Shown here one piece after another: positions 1 to 12,600 of a stretch of DNA of 64,000 bases; the first letter of the stretch is position 1, and every line of letters starts with the position of its first letter. This DNA comes from Antedon mediterranea. Taxonomy: Eukaryota > Animalia > Echinodermata. The notes beneath the pieces are model-generated. The model was not told the origin of the DNA and did not search any database. It saw only the letters and a list, made by a program, of their open reading frames with translations. The position numbers and the translations under genes are program-made. The stretch is from the NCBI RefSeq assembly GCF_964355755.1, contig NC_092680.1:1736001-1800000 (forward strand). The letters run 5' to 3'.

Positions 1-400
1 ATACCAAGATAATAAATTTAATAAAAATAACCTGATTTGAAGTGCATTTCAACTTAAACCTGTAGATTCTTAGCTACACACAACCTGCAGTGAACATTTT
101 TTATACCAAGATAATGAATTTACTAAAAATAACCTGATTTGAAGTGCATTGCAACTTAAACCTGTAGATTCTTAGCTACACACAACCTGCAGTGAACATT
201 TATTATACCAAGATAATGAATTTACTAAAAATAACCTGATTTGAAGTGCATTTCAACTTAAACCTGTAGATTATTAGCTACAACACAACCTGCAGTGAAC
301 ATTTATTATACCAAGATAATGAATTTAATAAAAATAACCTGATTTGAAGTGCATTAAAACTTAAACCTCTACGTTCTTAGCTACACTTAATACACTATAC
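1..400. repeat. 102-bp tandem repeat (D-type), related to the B-type spacer; continues beyond the left edge
   Basis: ATACCAAGAT recurs at 1, 103, 205 and 308 (period 102-103). It shares AACCTGATTTGAA-TGCA, ACTTAAACC, TTCTTAGCTACAC and ACCTGCAG motifs with the B-type spacer. Confidence 0.9.
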
Positions 401-664
401 CTTAACAACAAACATACCTGCAGGAAAAGCTTACAATACCAAGATATAATGCCACCTTACACATTATATATACTAATTTACAAAATTTAAATTATTTGAA
501 ATGCACTGAAACTTAAACCTTTACATTTTTACACACATACCTGCAGAGGAAACGCAAACAAAATATATCTGTGTTTAGATTTGTATCTGTACAGTAGGTG
601 CATATAATCTATCTGAAATGAGTAATGGTAAAAGAACAATGATTATGTACAGGTGGTGTTGTAT

Positions 665-3600
665 GCTTACCTGTGACTGGTTCCAACAGTTGCATAGGTA
701 TGTCAATAGGTACTATCTGAAATGAGAAAGTATTGTACCATTGCATAGTCTTTGATGTTTCTTACCTGTGATTGGTTACAACAGTCTTGCATTGGTATGT
801 CCATATCTGAAAACGAAAAATATAAAGAAATTTAATTATACCATTACATATTTGATGTTTCTTACCTGTGATTGGTTCCAACAGCCTTGCATCAGTATGT
901 CCATATCTGAAAAGGGAAAAAAAGAAATTTAATTATACCATGCATAGGCTTTGATATTTCTTACCTGTGATTGGTTCCAACAGCCTTGCATTGGTATGTC
1001 CATATCTGAAAAGGGAAAATATAAAGAAATTTATTATACAATTGTATAGATTTTGATGTTTCTTACCTGTGATTTGTTCCAACAGTCTTTCATCTGTATG
1101 TATATCTGAAAACAGAAAATATAAAGAAATGTAATTATACCATTGCATAGGCTTTGATGTTTCTTACCTGTGATTGGTTCCAACAGTCTTGAAGTGGTAT
1201 GTGCATATCTGAAATGAGGAAGTTTAAAGAAAATTATTATACCATTGCATAGGCTTTGATATTTCTTACCTGTGATTGGTTCCAACAGCCTTGCATCGGT
1301 ATGTCCATATCTGAAAAGGGAAAATATAAAGAAATGTAATTATACCATTGCATAGGCTTTGATGTTTCTTACCTGTGATTGGTTCCAACAGTCTTGAAGT
1401 GGTATGTCCATATCTGAAAAATGAAAATATGAAGAAATTTATTTATACCATTGCTTAGACTTGATATTTCTTACCTGTGATTGGTTCCAACAGCCTTGCA
1501 TTGGTATGTCCCTATCTGAAAAGGGAAAATATAAAAAAATTTAATTATACCATTGCATAGCCTTTGATATTTCTTACCTGTGATTGGTTCCAACAGTCTT
1601 GCATTGGTATGTCCATATCTGAAAAGGGAAAACATGAAAACATTTGATTTTACCAATACATCTTTGATGTTTCTTACCTGTAATTGGTTGCAACAGTCTT
1701 GCATTGGTATATCCATATCTGAAAAGGAAAAATATAAAGACATTTAGTATATCATTGCATAGCCGTTGATATTTCTTACCTGTGATTGGTTCCACCTGTC
1801 TTGCATTGGTATGCCCATATCTGAAAAGGGAAAATATAAAGAAATTTAATTATACCATTGCATAGGCTTTGGTGTTTCTTACCTGTGATTGGTTCCTACA
1901 GTCTTGCATCGATATATCCATATCTGAAAAGGGAAAATATGAAAAAATTTAATTATACCATTGCATAGACTTGATATTTCTTACCTGTGATTGGTTCCAA
2001 CAGCCTTGCATTGGTATGTCCATATCTGAAATGGGAAAATATCAAGACATTTATTATACCATTCCATAGGCTATGATGTTTCTTACCTGTGATTGGTTGC
2101 AACTGCCTTGCATCATTATGTCCATACCTGAAAAGGGAAAATATAAAGAAATTTAATTATACTATTGCTTCGGTTTTGATGTTTCTTACCTGTGATTGGT
2201 TCCAACAGTCTTGCATCAGTATGTGCATATCTGAAATGAGAAAGTTTAAAGAAATTTAATTATACCATTGCATAGACTTGATATTTCTTACCTGTGATTG
2301 GTTCCAACAGCCTTGCATCGGTATGTCCATATCTGAAAAGAAGAAAAAAATAAAGACATTTATTATACCATTGCATAGACTTGATATTTCTTACCTGTGA
2401 TTGGTTCCAACAGCCTTGCATTGGTATGCCATATCTGAAAAGGGAAAATATCAAGACATTTATTATACCATTGCATAGGCTATGATGTTTCTTACCTGTG
2501 ATTGGTTCAAACAGTATTGCATCGGTATGTCCTTATCTGAAAAGATATTCTTAGCTAGCTACACATAATATATCTTAGTTACACACAAACTTACTAAGAT
2601 ATAATGCCACCTTAAAATGAATTTACAAAAAGTAACCTGATTTGAAATGCATTGAAAACTTAAACCTCTATTCTTAACTACACTTATATTTCCTAACTAC
2701 ACACGACCTGCAGGGAAATCTTACAATACTAAGATAATGCCACCTTACACATTATAGATAATAATTTACAACACATGTTTAACATTTTTTTAATGCACTG
2801 AAACTTAAACCTCTACGTTCTTAGCTACACTTAATTCAGTTATCTTAGCAACACACATACCTGCAGGAAAAGCTTACAATACCAAGATATAATGCCACCT
2901 TACACATTATAGATAATAATTTACAACACATATTTAACTTTATTTGAAATGCACTGAAACTTAAACCTCTACGTTCTTAGCTACACTTAATTACAGTATA
3001 TAACACACATATCTGCAGAGAAAAGCTTACAATACAAAGATAATGCCACCTTACACATTATCATAATTTACAACAAATATTTAAGATTATTCAAACACAT
3101 ACCTGTAGAGAAAACGCAAACCAAATGTACCTTACCTTTGTTTAGTTAGATTTGTATCTGTATAGGTGCATGCTATCTGAAATGAGTAAGAGTAAAGAAC
3201 AATTATTATTTGCAGGTTTTGTTGTATGCTTACCTGTGATTGGTTCCAACAGTCTTCCATTGGTATGTCCATAGCTGAAAAGGGAAAATATAAAGAAATT
3301 TAATTATACCATTGCATAGGCTTAGATGTTTCTTACCTGTGATTGGTTCCTACACTATTGCATCGATATGTCCATATCTGAAAAGGGAAAATATAAAGAA
3401 ATTCTATTGCTTAGGTTTTGATGTTTCTTACCTGTGATTGGTTCCAACAGTCTTGCATCATTATGTCCATATCTGAAATGAGAAAGTATAAAGAAATGTA
3501 ATTATACTATTGCTTAGGCTTTGATGTATCTTACCTGTGATTGGTTCTAAAAGTCTTCATCAGTATTTATATCTGAAAACAGAAAATATAAAGAAATTTA

Positions 3601-6600
3601 ATTATACCATTGCATAGGCTTTGATGTTTCTTACCTGTGATTGGTTCCAACAGTCTTGAAGTGGTATGTCCATATCTGAAAAATGAAAATATGAAGAAAT
3701 TTAATTATACCATTGCTTAGACTTGATATTTCTTACCTGTGATTGGTTCCAACAGCCTTGCATCAGTATGTCCATATCTGAAAAGGGAAAATATAAAGAA
3801 ATGTAATTATACTATTGCTTAGGCTTTGATGTTTCTTACCTGTGATTTGTTCCAACAGTCTTTCATCTGTATGTATATCTGAAAACAGAAAATATAAAGA
3901 GATTTAATTATACTATTGCATAGGCTTTGATGTTTCTTACCTGTGATTGGTTCCAACAGTTTTTCATCTGTATGTCCATATCTGAAAAGGGAAAGTATAA
4001 AGAAATTTAATTATACCATTGCATAGGCTTTGATATTTCTTACCTGTGATTGGTTCCAACAGTTGTGCATCGATATGTCCATATCTGAAAAGGGAAAATA
4101 TGAAAAAATGTAATTTTACCAATACATCTTTGATGTTTCTTACCTGTGATTGGTTCCAACAGTATTGCATCGGTATGCCATATCTGAAAAAGGAAAATAT
4201 AAATAAATTTAATTATTCCATTGCATAGACTTGATATTTCTTACCTGTGATTGGTTCCAACAGCTTTGCATAGGTATGTCCATATCTGAAAAGGGAAAAT
4301 ATAAGAAATTTAATTATACCAATACATCTTTGATGTTTCTTACCTGTGATTGGTTCCAACAGTCTTGAATTGGTATGTCCATATCTGAAAAAGGAAAATA
4401 TCAAGACATTTAATTATACCATTGTATAGGCTTAGATGTTTCTTACCTGTGATTGGTTCCTACACTATTGCATCGATATGTCCATATCTGAAAAGGGAAA
4501 ATATAAAGAAATTCTATTGCTTAGGTTTTGATGTTTCTTACCTGTGATTGGTTCCAACAGTCTTGCATCATTATGTCCATATCTGAAATGAGAAAGTATA
4601 AAGAAATGTAATTATACTATTGCTTAGGCTTTGATGTTTCTTACCTGTGATTGGTTCCAACAGTCTTTAATTGGTATGTCCATATCTGAAAAAGGAAAAT
4701 ATAAAGAAATTTAATTATACCATTGTATAGGCTTAGATGTTTCTTACCTGTGATTGGTTGCAACAGTCTTGCATTGGTATATCCATATCTGAAAAGGGAA
4801 AATATAAAGACATGTAGTATATCATTGCATAGCCGTTGAGATTTCTTATCTGTGATTGGTTCCAACTGTCTTGCATCAGTATCTCCATACCTGAAAGGGA
4901 AAATATAAAGAAATTTAATTATACTATTGCTTAGGTTTTGATGTTTCTTACCTGTGATTGGTTCCTACAGTCTTGCATCGATATGTCCATATCTGAAATG
5001 AGAAAGTTTAAAGAAAATTATTATACCATTGAATAGACTGGATATTTCTTACCTGTGATTGGTTCCAACAGCCTTGCATTGGTATTTCCATATCTGAAAA
5101 GGGAAAATATCAAGACATTTATTATACCATCCATAGGCTATGATGTTTCTTACCTGTGATTGGTTCCAACAGCCTTGCATTGGTATGTCCATATCTGAAA
5201 AGGGAAAATATCAAGACATTTATTATACCATTGCATAGGCTATGATGTTTCTTACCTGTGATTGGTTCCAACAGCCTTGCATTGGTATGTCCATATCTGA
5301 AAAGGGAAAATATCAAGACATTTATTATACCATTGCATAGGCTATGATGTTTCTTACCTGTGATTGGTTCCAACAGTCTTGCATCGGTATGTCCTTATCT
5401 GAAAAGATATTCTTAGCTAGCTACACATAATATATCTTAGTTACACACAAACTTACTAAGATATAATGCCACCTTAAACATTATGCAATATGAATTTATA
5501 AAAAGTAACCTGATTTGAAATGCATTGAAAACTTAAACCTCTATTCTTAACTACACTTATATTTCCTAACTACACACGACCTGCAGGGAAATCTTACAAT
5601 ACTAAGATAATGCCACCTTACACATTATAGATAATAATTTACAACACATGTTTAACATTTTTTTAATGCACTGAAACTTAAACCTCTACGTTCTTAGCTA
5701 CACTTAATACACTATACCTTAACAACAAACATACCTGCAGGAAAAGCTTACAATACCAAAATATAATGCCACCTTACACATACTAGATAATAATTTACAA
5801 CACATATTTAGCATTATTTGAAATGCACTGAAACTTAAACCTCTGCGTTCTTAGCTACACTTAATTCAGTATATCTTAGCAACACACATACCTGCAGGAA
5901 AAGCTTACAATACCAAGATATAATGCCACCTTACACATTATAGATAATAATTTACAACATATATTTAACTTTATTTGAAATGCACTGAAACTTAAGCCTC
6001 TACGTTCTTAGCTACACTTAATTACAGTATATAACACACATATCTGCAGAGAAAAGCTTACAATACAAAGATAATGCCACCTTACACATTTTATATCATA
6101 ATTTACAACAAATATTTAAAATTATTCAAACACATACCTGTAGAGGAAACGCAAACCAAATGTACCTTACCTTTGTTTAGTTAGATTTGTATCTGTATAG
6201 GTGCATGCTATCTGAAATGAGTAAGAGTAAAGAACAATTATTATTTGCAGGTTTTGTTGTATGCTTACCTGTGATTGGTTCCAACAGTCTTCCATTGGTA
6301 TGTCCATAGCTGAAAAGGGAAAATATAAAGAAATTTAATTATACCATTGCATAGCCTTAGATGTTTCTTACCTCTGATTGGTTCCTACACTATTGCATCG
6401 ATATGTCCATATCTGAACAAGGGAAAATATGAAAAAAATGTAATTATACCATTGCATTGGCTTTGATGTTTCTTACCTGTGATTGGTTCCAACAGTCTTC
6501 CATCTGTATGTATATCTGAAAACCGAAAATATAAAGAAATGTAATTATACCATTGCATAGGCTTTGATGTTTCTTACCTGTGATTGGTTCCAACAGTCTT

Positions 6601-9600
6601 TCATCTGTATCTCCATATCTAAAAAGGGAAAGTATAAAAAAATTTAATTATACCATTGCATAGGCTTTGATATTTCTTACCTGTGATTGGTTCCAACAGT
6701 TGTGCATCGATATGTCCATATCTGAAAAGGGAAAATATGAACAAATGTAATTATACCATTGCATAGACTTGATATTTCTTACCTGTGATTGGTTCCAACA
6801 GCCTTGCATTGGTATGTCCATATCTGAAAAGGGAAAACATAAGAAATTTAATTATACCAATACATCTTTGATGTTTCTTACCTGTGATTGGTTGCAACAG
6901 TCTTGCATTGGTATATCCATATCTGAAAAGAGAAAATATAAAGACATTTAGTATATCATTGCATAGCCGTTGAGATTTCTTATCTGTGATTGGTTCTAAC
7001 TGTCTTGCATCAGTATCTCCATACCTGAAAGGGAAAATATAAAGAAATTTAATTATACCATTGCATAGGCTTAGATGTTTCTTACCTGTGATTGGTTCCT
7101 ACACTATTGCATCGATATGTCCATATCTGAAAAGGGAAAATATAAAGAAATTCTATTGCTTAGGTTTTGATGTTTCTTACCTGTGATTGGTTCCAACAGT
7201 CTTGCATCATTATGTCCATATCTGAAATGAGAAAGTATAAAGAAATGTAATTATACTATTGCTTAGGCTTTGATGTATCTTACCTGTGATTGGTTCTAAA
7301 AGTCTTCATCAGTATTTATATCTGAAAACAGAAAATATAAAGAAATTTAATTATACCATTGCATAGGCTTTGATGTTTCTTACCTGTGATTGGTTCCAAC
7401 AGTCTTGAAGTGGTATGTCCATATCTGAAAAATGAAAATATGAAGAAATTTAATTATACCATTGCTTAGACTTGATATTTCTTACCTGTGATTGGTTCCA
7501 ACAGCCTTGCATCAGTATGTCCATATCTGAAAAGGGAAAATATAAAGAAATGTAATTATACTATTGCTTAGGCTTTGATGTTTCTTACCTGTGATTTGTT
7601 CCAACCGTCTTTCATCTGTATGTATATCTGAAAACAGAAAATATAAAGAGATTTAATTATACTATTGCATAGGCTTTGATGTTTCTTACCTGTGATTGGT
7701 TCCAACAGTTTTTCATCTGTATGTCCATATCTGAAAAGGGAAAGTATAAAGAAATTTAATTATACCATTGCATAGGCTTTGATATTTCTTACCTGTGATT
7801 GGTTCCAACAGTTGTGCATCGATATGTCCATATCTGAAAAGCGAAAATATGAAAAAATGTAATTTTACCAATACATCTTTGATGTTTCTTACCTGTGATT
7901 GGTTCCAACAGTATTGCATCGGTATGCCATATCTGAAAAAGGAAAATATAAATAAATTTAATTATTCCATTGCATAGACTTGATATTTCTTACCTGTGAT
8001 TGGTTCCAACAGCTTTGCATAGGTATGTCCATATCTGAAAAGGGAAAATATAAGAAATTTAAATATACCAATACATCTTTGATGTTTCTTACCTGTGATT
8101 GGTTCCAACAGTCTTTAATTGGTATGTCCATATCTGAAAAAGGAAAATATAAAGAAATTTAATTATACCATTGTATAGGCTTAGATGTTTCTTACCTGTG
8201 ATTGGTTGCAACAGTCTTGCATTGGTATATCCATATCTGAAAAGGGAAAATATAAAGACATGTAGTATATCATTGCATAGCCGTTGAGATTTCTTATCTG
8301 TGATTGGTTCCAACTGTCTTGCATCAGTATCTCCATACCTGAAAGGGAAAATATAAAGAAATTTAATTATACTATTGCTTAGGTTTTGATGTTTCTTACC
8401 TGTGATTGGTTCCTACAGTCTTGCATCGATATGTCCATATCTGAAAAGGGAAAATATAAAGAAATTCTATTGCTTAGGTTTTGATGTTTCTTACCTGTGA
8501 TTGGTTCCAACAGTCTTGCATCATTATGTCCATATCTGAAATGAGAAAGTATAAAGAAATGTAATTATACTATTGCTTAGGCTTTGATGTTTCTTACCTG
8601 TGATTGGTTCCAACAGTCTTTAATTGGTATGTCCATATCTGAAAAAGGAAAATATAAAGAAATTTAATTATACCATTGTATAGGCTTAGATGTTTCTTAC
8701 CTGTGATTGGTTGCAACAGTCTTGCATTGGTATATCCATATCTGAAAAGGGAAAATATAAAGACATGTAGTATATCATTGCATAGCCGTTGAGATTTCTT
8801 ATCTGTGATTGGTTCCAACTGTCTTGCATCAGTATCTCCATACCTGAAAGGGAAAATATAAAGAAATTTAATTATACTATTGCTTAGGTTTTGATGTTTC
8901 TTACCTGTGATTGGTTCCTACAGTCTTGCATCGATATGTCCATATCTGAAATGAGAAAGTTTAAAGAAAATTATTATACCATTGAATAGACTGGATATTT
9001 CTTACCTGTGATTGGTTCCAACAGCCTTGCATTGGTATGTCCATATCTGAAAAGGGAAAATATCAAGACATTTATTATACCATCCATAGGCTATGATGTT
9101 TCTTACCTGTGATTGGTTCCAACAGCCTTGCATTGGTATGTCCATATCTGAAAAGGGAAAATATCAAGACATTTATTATACCATTGCATAGGCTATGATG
9201 TTTCTTACCTGTGATTGGTTCCAACAGCCTTGCATTGGTATGTCCATATCTGAAAAGGGAAAATATCAAGACATTTATTATACCATTGCATAGGCTATGA
9301 TGTTTCTTACCTGTGATTGGTTCCAACAGTCTTGCATCAGTATGTCCTTATCTGAAAAGATATTCTTAGCTAGCTACACATAATATATCTTAGTTACACA
9401 CAAACTTACTAAGATATAATGCCACCTTAAACATTATGCAATATGAATTTATAAAAAGTAACCTGATTTGAAATGCATTGAAAACTTAAACCTCTATTCT
9501 TAACTACACTTATATTTCCTAACTACACACGACCTGCAGGGAAATCTTACAATACTAAGATAATGCCACCTTACACATTATAGATAATAATTTACAACAC

Positions 9601-12600
9601 ATGTTTAAAATTTTTTTAATGCACTGAAACTTAAACCTCTACGTTCTTAGCTACACTTAATTCAGTATATCTTAACAACAAACATACCTGCAGGTAAAGC
9701 TTACAATACCAAAATATAATGCCACCTTACACATTATATATCATAATTTACAACACATATTTAACTTTATTTGAAATGCACTGAAACTTAAGCCTCTACG
9801 TTCTTAGCTACACTTAATTACAGTATATAACACACATATCTGCAGAGAAAAGCTTACAATACAAAGATAATGCCACCTTACACATTATATATCATAATTT
9901 ACAACAAATATTTAAAATTATTCAAACACATACCTGTAGAGAAAACGCAAACCAAATGTACCTTACCTTTGTTTAGTTAGATTTGTATCTGTATAGGTGC
10001 ATGCTATCTGAAATGAGTAAGAGTAAAGAACAATTATTATTTGCAGGTTTTGTTGTATGCTTACCTGTGATTGGTTCCAACAGTCTTCCATTGGTATGTC
10101 CATAGCTGAAAAGGGAAAATATAAAGAAATGTAATTATACCATTGAATAGGCTTAGATGTTTCTTACCTGTGATTGGTTCCAACAGTCTTCCATTGATAT
10201 GTCCATAGCTGAAAAGGGAAAATATAAAGAAATTTAATTATACCATTGCATAGGCTTAGATGTTTCTTACCTGTGATTGGTTCCAACAGTCTTCCATTGA
10301 TATGTCCATATCTGAAAAGGGAAAATATAAAGAAATTTAATTATACCATTGCATAGGCTTTGATGTTTCTTACCTGTGATTGGTTCCAACAGCCTTGCAA
10401 CAGTATGTCCATATCTGAAAATGGAAAATATGAAAAAATTTAATTATACTATTGCTTAGGCTTTGATGTTTCTTACCTGTGATTGGTTCCAACAGTCTTG
10501 CATCAGTATGTCCATATCTGAAATGAGAAAGTATAAAGAAATGTAATTATGCCATTGCATAGGCTTTGATGTTTCTTACCTGTGATTGGTTCCAACAGTC
10601 TTTCATCTGTATGTATATCTGAAAACAGAAAATATAAAGACATTTAATTATACCATTGCATAGGCTTTGATGTTTCTTACCTGTGATTGGTTCCAACAGT
10701 CTTTCATCGGTATGTCCATATCTGAAAAGGGAAAATATAAAGAAATTTAATTATACCATTGCATAGCCTTTGATATTTCTTACCTGTGATTGGTTTAAAC
10801 AGTTGTGCATTGGTATGTCCATATCTGAAAAGGGAAAGAATAACGAAATTTAATTATTCCATTGCATAGGCTTTGATATTTCTTACCTGTGATTGGTTCC
10901 AACAGTCTTGCATTGGTATGTCCACATCTGAAAAGGGAAAATATGAAAAAAATTATTTTTACCAATACATCCTTGATGTTTCTTACCTGTGATTGGTTCC
11001 AACAGTCTTTCATCTGTATGTATATCTGAAAACAGAAAATATAAAGAAATTTAATTATACCATTGCATAGGCTTTGATGTTTCTTACCTGTGATTGTTTC
11101 CAACAGTCTTGCATCAGTATGTCCATATCTGAAATGAGAAAGTATAAAGAAATGTAATTATACCATTGCATTGGCTTTGATGTTTCTTACCTGTGATTGG
11201 TTCCAACAGTCTTTCATCTGTATGTATATCTGAAAACAGAAAATATAAAGAAATTTAATTATACCATTGCATAGGCTTTGATGTTTCTTACCTGTGATTG
11301 GTTCCAACAGCCTTGCATCGGTATGTCCATATCTGAAAAGGGAAAAAATAAAGACATTTATTATACCATTGCATAGACTTGATATTTCTTACCTGTGATT
11401 GGTTCCAACAGCCTTGCATTGGTATGTCCATATCTGAAAGGGGAAAATATCAAGACATTTATTATACCATTGCATAGGCTATGATGTTTCTTACCTGTGA
11501 TTGGTTCCAACAGTCTTGCATCAGTATGTCCTTATCTGAAAAGATATTCTTAGCTAGCTACACATAATATATCTTAGTTACACACAAACTTACTAAGATA
11601 TAATGCCACCTTAAACATTATGCAAAATGAATTTACAAAAAGTAACCTGATTTGAAATGCATTGAAAACTTAAACCTCTATTCTTAACTACACTTATATT
11701 TCCAAACTACACACGAGCTGCAGGGAAATCTTACAATACTAAGATAATGCCACCTTACACATTATAGATAATAATTTACAACACATGTTTAACATTTTTT
11801 TAATGCACTGAAACTTAAGCCTCTACGTTCTTAACTACACTTAATACAGTATACCTTAACAACAAACATACCTGCAGGAAAAGCTTACAATACCAAAATA
11901 TAATGCCACCTTACACATAATATATCATAATTTACAACACATATTTAACATTATTTGAAATGCACTGAAACTTAAACCTCTACGTTCTTAGCTACACTTA
12001 ATTCAGTATATCTTAACAACAAACATACCTGCAGAAAAAGCTTACAATACCAAAAAATAATTCCACCTTACACATTATATATCATAATTTACAACACATA
12101 TTTAACATTATTTGAAATGCACTGAAACTTAAACCTCTACGTTCTTAGCTACACTTAATTCAATATATCTTAACAACAAACATACCTGCAGGAAAAGCTT
12201 ACAATACCAAAATATAATGCCACCTTACACATTATATATCATAATTTACAACACATATTTAACATTATTTGAAATGTTCTGAAACTTAAACCTCTACGTT
12301 CTTAGCTACACTTAATTACAGTATATAACACACATATCTGCAGAGAAAAGCTTACAATACAAAGATAATGCCACCTTACACATTATATATCATAATTTAC
12401 AACAAATATTTAAAATTATTCAAACACATACCTGTAGAGAAAACGCAAACCAAATGTACCTTACCTTTGTTTAGTTAGATTTGTATCTGTATAGGTGCAT
12501 GCTATCTGAAATGAGTAAGAGTAAAGAACAATTATTATTTGCAGGTTTTGTTGTATGCTTACCTGTGATTGGTTCCAACAGTCTTCCATTGGTATGTCCA

